Assembly (NCBI GenBank): GCA_963698715.1
Contig: CAVORW010000004.1
Coordinates: forward strand, 697,550 to 761,549
DNA length: 64,000 bases
DNA from: an uncultured Chloroflexia bacterium
Lineage (GTDB): Bacteria; Chloroflexota; Anaerolineae; Anaerolineales; UBA4823
Reading direction: 5' to 3'
The notes under the pieces are model-generated. The model saw only the letters and a list, made by a program, of their open reading frames with translations. It made no database searches and had not been told where the DNA came from. Made by a program: the position numbers and the translations under genes. Shown here one piece after another: positions 1 to 10,670 of the stretch. The first letter of the stretch is position 1. Each line of letters begins with the position of its first letter.

Positions 1-1181
1 ACCGCCCAAACCAGGGCATCTGTAGCGCTGATCTTAAATGTGGTCTGAATATTGCTGACCACCAGCAGGAACGGCCCCCCATACAATTCTTGCTGCCCGG
101 TGTTTATCCGCAAATGATACAAACCGGGGAGCAGCGGCTTGCGATCCGGTGATAGGTACAGGTCGACCACCTGGCTGCGGTTCGGCGCCAGCTCAAGTGG
201 TTGGGTCCAGGTGCGCACATCATCCGGCTGGAAATCGTTTAAGAACTCATAGCCACCTGGCCCTGCCATACGGATAAAATCCTGAACGGACAGGCTGCCC
301 AGGCTAAGCGATAGGCTAAAAATATTGGTTGCCTGGATCTTAAGGCCCAGATCCTGGGGGGTGAGGAACAGGGAGTTTGGACCGGTTGTGACCAGAAGCG
401 CCGGGGTAAAGTTGCCAGTGGTGAATATCAAGTTGTAACCCTGTCCACCCAGCTGGCCGCCCCAAGGATCGCTAAGGGCAGCCGACAGGCTCAAAACATA
501 CGCCGTGCCGGCAGAAAAATCGCCCCTCAGCCGCAAAATGCGTTCCTCTGGACTCCACCAATGGGTTAGATTTGGTATGCTGGGGCTGATCGTCAGGCTG
601 GATTGGATGGTTGTTTCATCCAATAATGTGTTGAAGGTCAGGCTTACCACCTGCTCGGGGCGTAAAAGGCCGCCCATGGCAGGCTCACTTGTTACCACTG
701 CCAGGGCCTGCACAGTCTCGAAACTCTGGGATAGGGTCGTTCCAAGGGGTGTCCCGCCCTGCGCTTCAACCTGCCCGGCGAGACTGACTTGATAGATTGT
801 GCCGCGCCTCAGCAAGTTGTCAGGCGTAAATGTAAGCTCACTAAAGTCTTCGTTCCAGTCATATGTCCCAGCAAGGGAGCTGCCCCCGGCTGATAGCTTC
901 AAACCGGCTTCGACGCTGAGCGGATCAATTGGTTGGTTAAACTGCAGCACAACCGGGCTGTCCAGGGGAACATAGCTGTTTCCAGCAATTGGCTCAGCAG
1001 ATACCAGGCGGGGAGCGGCTGTGCGGAACGACCAGGGCTGGATATCCTGAAGCGGGCTGCCCTGCGTGCCTTTGAGGTTATTGTTCACAAACACCGAATA
1101 GCTCTGGCCGCCAGCCAAAGCCGGATCAGGATAGAAAACATAAGTGCTGGTGTTTAACCATTCACCTTTACCCTGGGAAGG
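1..1181 (-). CDS. Ig-like / alpha-2-macroglobulin-like large surface protein, downstream part; runs off the window at position 1. Same gene as 1168..1785 but in another frame.
   Basis: My translation of the minus strand from ~1181 to 1 has no stop (GKGEWLNTSTYVFYPDPALAGGQSYSVFVNNNL...LYHLRINTGQQELYGGPFLLVVSNIQTTFKISATDALVWA). It shows repeated beta-rich modules like bacterial A2M N-terminal / SbsA-Ig domains. It is absent from the ORF track because it has no stop inside the window. Confidence 0.6.
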
Positions 1182-1785
1182 GGGGGCCAAAGTAAACGCT
1201 GGAGGCAGGCTGTCCGAAATCAACACCAAGCGGCACTACCGGCCGGTTGAAGGTAACCAACACCGCTGAGCTGGGGTCAACCTCATCGGTACCCGATTCG
1301 GGTAGTTGTTGGGCAATCTGCAAAAAACCGACTGCCTTGTAGCTGACCTCAACCGGCTCACGCAGTGTTTGCCCTTCAAGAGAACGCGCAGATGTTTCCA
1401 CCCGCAAAGTCAGCTCGCTGTCTGGCGTAAGAGGGATATTCGGCTGGAAGGTGAGGGTTAAGTCATCCTGCCAGGTCAGCTCGCCTTCGACCCGTGGTTG
1501 CTGCAAAGCAGCCTCGACAGAGCTGCGATCCATCGGTTGGTTAAAGTACAGGGTTATGCGACTGTTTAGAGACAATTCGGCGCCCGGGGCTGGATCAGCT
1601 TCCACCAACCCGGGAGGCAGAGGCGCCTGAGGTGTTACTGTGGGTGGGTTGGGTGTGGCAGAAGCTCTGATCACTGGCAGGGTTGGAGTAGGCCGCCCGA
1701 TGGAGGGCAGTGAGCACGCCAGGCTGATGATTAACAACAGGAATGGAATCAGGCGAGGCCAGAAATTTCGGTTTTTAGCAGTCAT
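1168..1785 (-). CDS. N-terminal lipoprotein fragment of the A2M-like protein; the frame ends at a TAA created by a frameshift in a G7 run.
   Basis: ATG at 1785 gives MTAKNRNFWPRLIPFLLLIISLACS (signal peptide plus lipobox), then Ig-like repeats. The longer track ORF (to 1896) reads through a repeat element and is rejected as the start. Confidence 0.6.
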   Translation of the reverse strand: MTAKNRNFWPRLIPFLLLIISLACSLPSIGRPTPTLPVIRASATPNPPTVTPQAPLPPGLVEADPAPGAELSLNSRITLYFNQPMDRSSVEAALQQPRVEGELTWQDDLTLTFQPNIPLTPDSELTLRVETSARSLEGQTLREPVEVSYKAVGFLQIAQQLPESGTDEVDPSSAVLVTFNRPVVPLGVDFGQPASSVYFGPPFPG

Positions 1786-1861
1786 AAGTTCGCTCCTAAC
1801 AATAGAACGCCCAAACACTCCAGCCGGTTCCCCACGCAGCCAGCAACATACCTGCATCGAC

Positions 1862-1995
1862 CTTAGTGGTTCTCGCGCTAAATCCTTTGCATACAAAAGA
1901 AGGATGGGTAGTGTTCGGTTTGGACGGCTACACCGTCCAAACTGAACACTACAATCTCTTCTCTTCTTAAGTGACTTGCCGAGAATACCACTTAG
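1862..1995 (-). repeat. Bipartite intergenic cassette, copy A, with nested palindrome
   Basis: Minus strand reads CTAAGTGGTATTCTCGGCAAGTCACTTAAGAAGAGAAGAG, then the hairpin, then TTTTTGTATGCAAAGGATTTAGCGCGAGAACCACTAA. Homologous to 34302..34434, 25599..25674 and 46836..46873. Confidence 0.75.
1908..1952. repeat. REP-like palindrome: 20-bp stem with one G-T pair, 5-nt loop
   Basis: GTAGTGTTCGGTTTGGACGG CTACA CCGTCCAAACTGAACACTAC. On the minus strand it is followed by CCATCCTTCTTTTGT, so it is a plausible terminator for the upstream gene 2028..3266. Confidence 0.8.
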
Positions 1996-2027
1996 TGCGG
2001 CTTTGTGGGAATTCTCTCAAAAAACTG

Positions 2028-3266
2028 TTATACATCGTCCAGGCTGCGCTCCAGGTCAGCCAACAAATCCTGCAGATTCTCGATCCCAACCGACATTCTC
2101 ACCAGGCCATCACTGACGCCCATGCGCAGGCGTTCTTCTGGCGGCATGGCAGATTGGGTCATACTGGCGGGGTGCTGGATCAATGTATCGGCATTGCCCA
2201 GGCTGACCGCCAGAGTAGCAACCTGGACGCTTTCCATGAGCCTGACTCCGGCCTGAAAACCGCCTTTCAATTCGAAAGATAGCATGCCTCCAAAATCAAA
2301 CATCTGCCGCTGAGCCAGATCAAATTGGGGGCTATCTTCAAGGCCAGGGTAGTAAACTTTGGAAATCCTGGGATGGCGATTCAGGTAACGTGCAATTGCC
2401 AGGGCATTCTCACAATGGCGCTGCATCCGCAGCTCAAGTGTCCTAAGCCCCTGGGCTGCTAACCAGCAGTCAAACGGGCTGGGCGCTCCCCCAAGCAGAA
2501 CGATCATGCGCTGTACTTCCTGGCGGATATAATCGGGGTGCCGGCTGACAACCGCCCCGCCAATGATAGTCCCATGCCCTGACAGGAATTTTGTGGTTGA
2601 GTGGATCACGATATCCGCTCCCAGGGAAAGCGGTCGCTGGCAGTAAGGGCTGGCGAAGGTGTTATCAACCAGCAGCCAGGCTCCATACTGATGCGCCAGT
2701 TCAGCCAGGGAGACCAGGTCAACCAGTTGCAGAGTAGGATTAACCGGCGACTCTGCATAGACCAGTGTCGCCTCCGGATGCTCTTCCAGAGCGATCTGCC
2801 AGCCAGCTGGGGAAAGATCATCCACCCAGACCAGGTTAATACCCAGGGTTGGAGCAATATCGCCCAAAAAATTAAAAGCATGCCCATAAAGCGCCGATTG
2901 GGCCACAATCGTCGCCCCAGCCCGCGCCTTGCCCAGGACCGCGGCTGTAATGGCTGCCATACCAGAAGACAACACCCTTCCAACAACCACATCATCCGGC
3001 TCTATCAGTGGCTGAGCGCGCAGCAAGTCCAGTCCCTCCAAATACGCGATTTTTTGGGCTAACTGCCAGGCGTTTGGATTGGCTACCCGGGTGTAGTAGT
3101 AACCAGGCTCGCGGCCCTGGCTGATAGCGGCCCCGGTTGGCACATCTGGATAGATGAAAGAGGAGGTTTGGTAGATGGGACTGACATGAGCATGGGAAGG
3201 GTCAAATCCCTCGCCGACATGGTTGACAAGCGTGCTCATCCCAGATGATGAGGGGATTTTTTTCAT
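2028..3266 (-). CDS. Cys/Met-metabolism PLP-dependent enzyme (cystathionine gamma-synthase / methionine gamma-lyase / O-acylhomoserine sulfhydrylase family)
   Basis: Full-length match in style to the trans-sulfuration family, with the PLP-lysine motif STTKFLSGHG. Start chosen at the ATG (MKKIPSS) preceded by GAAGGAA. The exact subfamily cannot be assigned by eye. Confidence 0.85.
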   Translation of the reverse strand: MKKIPSSSGMSTLVNHVGEGFDPSHAHVSPIYQTSSFIYPDVPTGAAISQGREPGYYYTRVANPNAWQLAQKIAYLEGLDLLRAQPLIEPDDVVVGRVLSSGMAAITAAVLGKARAGATIVAQSALYGHAFNFLGDIAPTLGINLVWVDDLSPAGWQIALEEHPEATLVYAESPVNPTLQLVDLVSLAELAHQYGAWLLVDNTFASPYCQRPLSLGADIVIHSTTKFLSGHGTIIGGAVVSRHPDYIRQEVQRMIVLLGGAPSPFDCWLAAQGLRTLELRMQRHCENALAIARYLNRHPRISKVYYPGLEDSPQFDLAQRQMFDFGGMLSFELKGGFQAGVRLMESVQVATLAVSLGNADTLIQHPASMTQSAMPPEERLRMGVSDGLVRMSVGIENLQDLLADLERSLDDV

Positions 3267-3342
3267 GAATGTTGATTCCTTCAATCAGGTGTTGTTCTTG
3301 CAACTTCTGAACAAACACGGCAGGTGGGATCTTTCCAGCTCG

Positions 3343-3372
3343 ATTATACGTCTGCTGGATAGGTCAGCGCAA
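3343..3372 (-). promoter_or_regulatory. Putative sigma70-type promoter for the Cys/Met PLP enzyme
   Basis: Minus strand TTGCGC, 18 nt, TATAAT, about 75 nt upstream of the ATG. Confidence 0.4.
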
Positions 3373-3489
3373 TGAGATGATTCGAGAGTTTTATTACTCG
3401 GTCTGCGCATCTCAACCCTCGCCAGGCAGTCTTCAGGGATGAGTGGGGTAGATCCCCAGATTTGGGGGTGAACTAAAATCTTGTAGCTG

Positions 3490-3541
3490 TAGTTCGCAAT
3501 TTTCGGGGGCGTTGCACCCAATAATTGCGAACTAAAAAAAA
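3490..3541. repeat. 12-bp perfect inverted repeat with 21-nt loop followed by A8
   Basis: TAGTTCGCAATT (3490..3501) and AATTGCGAACTA (3523..3534), then AAAAAAAA. The run is on the wrong side to be a canonical terminator on either strand. Confidence 0.6.
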
Positions 3542-3701
3542 TTTACAGACTTTTAGCACACCTATCCTGACCTGGGTCAGCAGATAATCATAGATCATTT
3601 GGTACAATTAACGAAACTTCTCAAATGGTCACGTATCGCACGCCTTCTCCTGATATAGAGATGATACCAAGTTAACTCGTTTGTTGTTATTAAAGGTATT
3701 T

Positions 3702-5573
3702 ATGAGTTCTTACACCGTTACCAAACAACCAACCCGGCAGACCCTGCCATTTATCTTACAGTCCATGCTGGTATTGGCATTGGGTATGGGACTGTTTTTC
3801 GTATTTCTTATGGCAGCAGTCATCGGCTACGATATCGTATATGCCGGGAAGATTTATCCCGGCATCTCAGTAGCCGGGGTGGGTATCTCTGGACTCAAGC
3901 CAGAAGAAGCTGTCGCTCGACTGGCTGCCCACCTGATTTACCCGACAACCGGAAAAATTGTCTTCCAGGATGGCGCTAAAGTCTGGGTGGCACGCCCCGT
4001 CGACGTCGGGCTATATTTTGACCCCAACACCAGCGTTCAGGCTGCATATGCCCTTGGCCGCAGCAGCAATATTATCTCGCGTTTGGGGGATCAGTTTGAT
4101 GCCTGGTATTTTGGCACCGATTTACCAGCATTACTGATTTACGACGAGAAGATCGCCAGAGGTTTTGCAGCCGGCATAGCCTCTCAGATCGACCGCCCGG
4201 CTTTCGAAGCCACATTGGAGGTCAGCGGCACAGATGTGGTGGTCAAACCCGGCCAGGTGGGACGAACTCTTGACATTGATGCCACCCTGGCGCCTCTTGA
4301 GATTCAGCTGCGCAGTCTGACGGATGGCATCCTGACTGTGGTTATTAACGAATCCACGCCAGCCATTCTTGACGCCACCCAACAGGCCGAAATTGCGCGC
4401 AAGATTCTGAGCGCTCCCCTGGTACTGGAGTTGCCTGATACTGCCGAGGGCGATCCTGGCCCCTGGACCTTCAAGCAGGACCAGCTGGCGGCTATGTTGA
4501 GCATCGAGCGAGTTGAAGCAGTAGATGGTGCGCACTATCAAGTTGGGCTCAATCCCGACAGCCTGAAAGCCTTCCTGGAAAGTCTGACGCCGCGCCTGGC
4601 CCGCAGCCCGCAGAATGCTCGGTTTATCTTCAACGATGATACTCGCCAGCTTGATCCACTCCAACCAGCCATCATTGGTCGCAGTCTGGATGTGGAAGCG
4701 ACCATCGGGGCGCTTAACGATGGTTTAGCGAAAGGCCAGCATAAACTCCAGCTCAGCATGCAGTACACACAACCGGCAGTTGCGGATAACGCTACAGGCG
4801 CCAAATTGGGTATCGCTGAGCTGGTCAGCTCACACACATCTTATTTCTATGGATCGAGCGGATCGCGCATCCAAAATATTGAGACAGCCTCCAGCCGTTT
4901 CCACGGCTTGATGGTCGCGCCCGGCGCAACTTTCTCGATGGCCGATGTTTTAGGCGATGTAAGTCTGGACAATGGTTACGCTGAAGCCCTGATCATCTAT
5001 GGCAATCGGACGATCAAGGGCGTGGGCGGTGGTGTCTGCCAGGTCAGCACAACCCTGTTCCGAACAGCATTCCTCGGTGGTTTCCCAGTCACCGAACGCC
5101 ATCCGCATGCCTACCGGGTGTATTACTACGAATTAAACGCTGCCAACCAGATCAATACCGGCCTGGCTGGCCTGGATGCTACCGTCTATGTTCCGGTTGT
5201 GGATTTCAAGTTTGTCAACGACACGCCTAATTGGTTGTTAATGGAAACCTATGTCAATGCCGCCGCCCGCAGTCTGACCTGGAAATTCTACTCAACCTCC
5301 GATGGACGCACGGTGGAATGGGATTCAACCGGCCTTCAGAACATCGTCGATCCACCCGAGCCGGTATATCAGGAAAACCCTGATCTGGCTAAAAATGAAG
5401 TTAAACAGGTTGACTGGGGTGTGGCCGGAGCGGATGTATCGGTTACTCGCACGGTGATGCGGGATGGCCAGGTGTACTTCACCGACACGTTCAATACCCA
5501 TTATTTACCCTGGGCGGATGTCTACGAATATGGCCCAGGCACCAAGCTGGAAAATATCGGGAACGGAGATTGA
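3702..5573 (+). CDS. VanW family protein with N-terminal TM segment and peptidoglycan-binding-like region
   Basis: VanW core GGGVCQVSTTLFRTAFLGGFPVTERHPHAYRVYYYE; TM helix near the N-terminus. The ATG at 3702 is preferred over the TTG at 3681. Confidence 0.85.
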   Translation: MSSYTVTKQPTRQTLPFILQSMLVLALGMGLFFVFLMAAVIGYDIVYAGKIYPGISVAGVGISGLKPEEAVARLAAHLIYPTTGKIVFQDGAKVWVARPVDVGLYFDPNTSVQAAYALGRSSNIISRLGDQFDAWYFGTDLPALLIYDEKIARGFAAGIASQIDRPAFEATLEVSGTDVVVKPGQVGRTLDIDATLAPLEIQLRSLTDGILTVVINESTPAILDATQQAEIARKILSAPLVLELPDTAEGDPGPWTFKQDQLAAMLSIERVEAVDGAHYQVGLNPDSLKAFLESLTPRLARSPQNARFIFNDDTRQLDPLQPAIIGRSLDVEATIGALNDGLAKGQHKLQLSMQYTQPAVADNATGAKLGIAELVSSHTSYFYGSSGSRIQNIETASSRFHGLMVAPGATFSMADVLGDVSLDNGYAEALIIYGNRTIKGVGGGVCQVSTTLFRTAFLGGFPVTERHPHAYRVYYYELNAANQINTGLAGLDATVYVPVVDFKFVNDTPNWLLMETYVNAAARSLTWKFYSTSDGRTVEWDSTGLQNIVDPPEPVYQENPDLAKNEVKQVDWGVAGADVSVTRTVMRDGQVYFTDTFNTHYLPWADVYEYGPGTKLENIGNGD

Positions 5574-5702
5574 AACGCCTCGGAGCTCTCTGGGGTGGTA
5601 GACCCTGCTATGTCCCAGGGACCCGTCCCAGCCATCGGTGGTAAAATGGGCCCAATACAAGTACAAGCATCAAATCCCAAGAACCAATCTCAGGAGCAAA
5701 CC

Positions 5703-5921
5703 ATGGTCAGCCAAGACTTGCTGGAAATTTTACGTTGCCCGGCCTGCGTGCGGGATAAAGACGGCCTGCTCGATTTTATTAAAGAATCCTGGCTGGTGTG
5801 CCAGGACTGCGGGCGAAAATACCCGATCCGGGAGGACATCCCGGTTATGCTGATCGATGAGGGGGATAAATGGGTCAATGTCGAAGTTGGGGATCTGCCC
5901 GTGCCGCCTCCTGGCGATTAA
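5703..5921 (+). CDS. Trm112 / UPF0434 family small zinc-ribbon protein
   Basis: LLEILRCPACVRDKDGLL...LVCQDCGRKYPIREDIPVMLIDEG. The ATG at 5703 is preceded by AGGAG. Confidence 0.7.
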   Translation: MVSQDLLEILRCPACVRDKDGLLDFIKESWLVCQDCGRKYPIREDIPVMLIDEGDKWVNVEVGDLPVPPPGD

Positions 5922-5972
5922 AATTTTTTCCCGGTATCCAAAGGGAGCGATTCATAATCCCACGGCGTAATC

Positions 5973-6548
5973 ATGACTGAAATTGAACACTTACTGGCGC
6001 AGCTGACTGGGGGCAACGATGAGCGGGCGGAATCGGCTGCCGCCGAGCTGGCCCGTCTTGGACCAGCTGCATTGGATGCGCTGAGCCAGCTGGCGAACAG
6101 CCCACTGCCTGATCAGCGCTGGTGGGCTTTGCGAACACTGGCCGAACTTTCCGATCCACAAGTACCAGAGATTCTAATCGAAGGGCTGCAAGACCCAGAG
6201 CTAAGCGTGCGCCAGTGCGCAGCACTCGGCCTTCGCCAGCAGCCAGATACCCGGGCAGTAGCAGCCCTTATCGATCTCCTGGACTCGTCCGATAGTCTGA
6301 TCGCTGGCCTTGCGGCCGACGCTCTGATCGCAGTTCAAGAACCTGCGGTAGAGCCGCTCCTGTCTATATTGGCGGACGGGCAACCGCGCGCTCGTCTGCT
6401 GGCGGCCAAAGCTCTGGCCCTGATCGGCGACCCGCGGGCAATCTCCGCCTTGTTTTACGCTCTGGATGATGATTCCGCGTTGCTGGAATATTGGGCCAGC
6501 GAAGGTCTGGATCGAATGGGGATTGGGATGACATTTTTCAATCCATAA
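5973..6548 (+). CDS. HEAT-repeat (PBS-lyase-like) protein
   Basis: Repeated A-A-x-A-L-G-x-hGDPRA-like units (ALALIGDPRAISAL, AALGLRQQPDTRAVAAL). Confidence 0.75.
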   Translation: MTEIEHLLAQLTGGNDERAESAAAELARLGPAALDALSQLANSPLPDQRWWALRTLAELSDPQVPEILIEGLQDPELSVRQCAALGLRQQPDTRAVAALIDLLDSSDSLIAGLAADALIAVQEPAVEPLLSILADGQPRARLLAAKALALIGDPRAISALFYALDDDSALLEYWASEGLDRMGIGMTFFNP

Positions 6549-6573
6549 TTTCTAATAGGGTTTCCGGCAAATA

Positions 6574-7071
6574 TCATGCCAGCCAGGCCCAAAACCACCA
6601 CAAGACCATTAAAACCACCCCGATACCGAAGCGCACAACGAAAGATAAGCCCCAGCCCGTTGCCAGGCCACGCAAGGCCTGCCTGGCTTTCTGCCAATCC
6701 CGCACCCGGTTATATTCCAACAGCAGCACTGCGGTCGGGGCAGCAATGATCCCGCCCAAGGGAGGGAATATCAGAGTGCCGATTATCCCGGCTGCCAGTG
6801 CTACGCCAATCGTAGGCCAGGAGGCGCCTCCTTTGCGGGCACCTGCACCCATGAACAGATTATCGACCAGGGTGCCGCCGATCATCAAAAGGGTCATTAC
6901 CACGAAAATGACAATGCCCGTGGTGCTGAACCCACTGGCGAGCCCATAGCCTAACGCCGCCAGCCACATCACCACCAGCCCTGGGAAAATCGGGATGAGC
7001 AGGCCAAACAGGCCGGCCAGCATAAAAATCTGCGTCAGGCCAAAGATGGATATATTTAACCAGTCAGGCAA
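6574..7071 (-). CDS. DUF456-like small integral membrane protein
   Basis: Four hydrophobic segments, LLIPIFPGLVVMW motif. TTG start 8 nt after GGAGG. Confidence 0.6.
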   Translation of the reverse strand: MPDWLNISIFGLTQIFMLAGLFGLLIPIFPGLVVMWLAALGYGLASGFSTTGIVIFVVMTLLMIGGTLVDNLFMGAGARKGGASWPTIGVALAAGIIGTLIFPPLGGIIAAPTAVLLLEYNRVRDWQKARQALRGLATGWGLSFVVRFGIGVVLMVLWWFWAWLA

Positions 7072-7260
7072 GATAGTCGCCTCCTAAGAATTCACCAATT
7101 GGTTGAGTGTCTATCAAAAAAGGCAGAGGATATGCCCAAAGTTTCGCTCTACCCCGTGGGTCAAGGGCTAACCCCCAGATATGGGGGGAAATACCTTGAG
7201 ATCAACCGCCAGGGATGAAATGAGCTAAACTTATTGCCGGCACACACGCTGGGCAGCTAA

Positions 7261-8539
<1,279 letters not shown>

Positions 8540-8540
8540 T

Positions 8541-8871
8541 TCAGCACCTCCAGCGTTTGGTTTGAAGCCCGTTAAACTACAGACTTCAAGGAATAAAATA
8601 CCCCCCGGTCCATGCAGGACGAGGGGGGCGCTCGTGGTGCCACCTGCTTTTGCCTGCCCACCCATCAGGTGAACGGCCTCGACAACGCGTTAACGGGCGA
8701 ACCCGATCCTCTTTACGACAGGTTGATTGCCTGTCCCTCCAGGGGCAACTGGCCCAATATGAGCCGGTGGAGGGGATTTCGCCGCCAGGGTCTGCTGCCT
8801 CACACCGGCCGGCAGCTCTCTGAAAGAGTAGCGACTACTTGGTCTCCACGCTGGTTATTGTTGAATTAATT
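8541..8871 (-). promoter_or_regulatory. T-box riboswitch leader of serS
   Basis: The minus strand has the stem-I AGAGAG bay, GGUGUGA, and a T-box core AGCAGGUGGCACCACGAG (8631..8650). A terminator CCCCCCUCGUCC..GGACCGGGGGG + UAUUUUAUU follows (about 8592..8629). The UGGC bulge fits a G73 discriminator as in tRNA-Ser. Confidence 0.8.
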
Positions 8872-8877
8872 GATCGG

Positions 8878-8905
8878 ATTATACCCCAGCTGGAATAACT
8901 GTCAA
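8878..8905 (-). promoter_or_regulatory. Near-consensus sigma70 promoter driving the serS T-box leader
   Basis: Minus strand TTGACA (8905..8900), 16 nt, TATAAT (8883..8878). Confidence 0.65.
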
Positions 8906-9068
8906 GCTTTATTGATATTGTAATCAGGCCATTAACCGATTCGCAGCCGACATGTCTTTCATCACCGGCAGGAGAAAATGTTTGGGACACCCAAAATCCT
9001 TTGTCGTGAAAGCCGTGATATTGTGGTTCAGGCAGGCAATGAAACCGCATGTCTGAACCCTATCAGCC

Positions 9069-10589
9069 TTATTCTTCAGCTTTGCGCAGATGCGGGAACA
9101 AAATCACTTCCCGGATATTGGCACTGTCGGTAAACAGCATCGTCAAGCGATCGATGCCCATTCCAAAGCCACCGTTAGGCGGCATGCCATAGCGCATGGC
9201 GCGCAAATAATCTTCATCCATAGGGTGACGCTCTTCATCCTCGCTGGTGTAGTCTCGGCCCATCTCAAGGAAACGAGCTTCCTGATCCACTGGATCATTA
9301 AGCTCAGTAAAAGCGTTGCACAGCTCCATACCGGCGATAAAGCCTTCAAACCTCTCTACAATGTGAGGGGTGCCCGGCTTGCTTTTTGCCAGCGGTGATA
9401 TATCGCGGGGATAATTGTAGATGAAAGTCGGCTGGAGCAAATTCGGTTCAAGGTAATCGCTGAGCAAAGATTCGATCAGTTTACCACGCGGCGCTTTGGG
9501 GTCAACCGGGATATCGCGAGCACGCATTACACTCGCCAGACTCTCTGTGGTTGGGTGCTGATCGATATCAATCCCGGTCATTTCCAGCAAACCTTCGTTC
9601 AGCTCAATCCGCTGCCAGGGTGGTTCAAAGCTGAGTGTTTTACCCTGATAGGTCAGGCTGCGAGTACCCAGTACCCGGTCTGCGGTATAGACCAGCATAT
9701 CCTCAGTGAACTTCATAACTTTTTCGTAATCGGCATAAGCCATGTAAAACTCTAGCTGGGTGAATTCGGGGTTGTGGGTTCGATCTACACCCTCGTTGCG
9801 GAAATCGCGCCCAATCTCATATACACGCTCAATCCCCCCCACCAGCAAGCGTTTCAAATACAGTTCAAAAGAGATGCGTAAATATAAGTCTTGTTTAAGC
9901 TGATTGTGATGGGTAATAAAAGGCTTGGCGGCTGCGCCTCCATAGATTGGCTGCAGGACTGGTGTTTCGACTTCCAGGAAATCATGCGAATCCAGAAACT
10001 CCCTCAGCGTCCGTACAATGGCCGCTCGAGTCTGGAAGATCGCGCGCACATCTTCATTGACCGCCAGGTCTGCATAGCGCTGCCGGTAACGGGTTTCAGG
10101 ATCTGCCAGGGTAGCATAACGCACCACTTCGCCATCTACAACTTGATCTTTAGCGGCGGGCAGCGGTGTGATCGCTTTACTCAAAATGTGATATTCACTG
10201 ACACGCAGCGTCACCTCGCCAGTGCGCGTCCGAAACATTTCGCCGCTGGCCTGAATGAAATCGCCCAGGTCGAAGGTTCGGTTAAACAGGTCGAGCTTTT
10301 CCTGACCCATATCATTGGCCCGTAAGAAGAGCTGTACCCGACCAAACCCATCCTCGATATGTGCAAAAGTGATCTTCCCCATCGGGCGCAAGGAACGCAG
10401 CCTTCCGACCAGGGTTACCATTACCGGGGGCGGGTCTTCTGTTTTCTCGCCGGCTTCAAAAGCCTCGATCGCCTGCCGGCTGGTATGGGTGCGTTCTGCC
10501 TGGGTAGGATAAGGGTCAATCCCCTGCGAGTGCAATTTTTCGACCTTTTCCAACCGGATCTGCTCTAGATTTGAATATTTTTCGACCAT
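9069..10589 (-). CDS. lysS: Lysyl-tRNA synthetase, class II
   Basis: 506 aa from [21 protein letters not shown]-fold plus class II core ([34 protein letters not shown]). Confidence 0.95.
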   Translation of the reverse strand: MVEKYSNLEQIRLEKVEKLHSQGIDPYPTQAERTHTSRQAIEAFEAGEKTEDPPPVMVTLVGRLRSLRPMGKITFAHIEDGFGRVQLFLRANDMGQEKLDLFNRTFDLGDFIQASGEMFRTRTGEVTLRVSEYHILSKAITPLPAAKDQVVDGEVVRYATLADPETRYRQRYADLAVNEDVRAIFQTRAAIVRTLREFLDSHDFLEVETPVLQPIYGGAAAKPFITHHNQLKQDLYLRISFELYLKRLLVGGIERVYEIGRDFRNEGVDRTHNPEFTQLEFYMAYADYEKVMKFTEDMLVYTADRVLGTRSLTYQGKTLSFEPPWQRIELNEGLLEMTGIDIDQHPTTESLASVMRARDIPVDPKAPRGKLIESLLSDYLEPNLLQPTFIYNYPRDISPLAKSKPGTPHIVERFEGFIAGMELCNAFTELNDPVDQEARFLEMGRDYTSEDEERHPMDEDYLRAMRYGMPPNGGFGMGIDRLTMLFTDSANIREVILFPHLRKAEE

Positions 10590-10615
10590 TGCGAGTACCT
10601 CTCGGCTCAGGTTAT

Positions 10616-10651
10616 AAAAAAAGCCCCGCGCAAGGGTACCATGCGCGGGGC
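10616..10651 (-). terminator. Rho-independent terminator after greA, directly upstream of lysS
   Basis: Minus strand GCCCCGCGCA-9 nt loop-TGCGCGGGGC followed by T7. It ends 26 nt before the lysS ATG. Confidence 0.75.
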
Positions 10652-10670
10652 GAGTCAATTTGCCCCAGTT

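Noticed and set aside
1-12. ACCGCCCAAACC at the window start matches the right arm of the REP-like palindromes
   Set aside because: It lies inside the A2M-like coding frame and no partner arm is visible. A 12-nt match may be chance.
3267-3372. Expected SAM riboswitch upstream of the Cys/Met enzyme; also purine or ZTP riboswitches near purH, purB and purA
   Set aside because: The leaders are short (about 75 nt from the predicted promoter). None of the conserved cores I know (SAM-I, ZTP CCGCCUGGG, purine) is present by eye. A cmsearch would be needed to exclude them formally.
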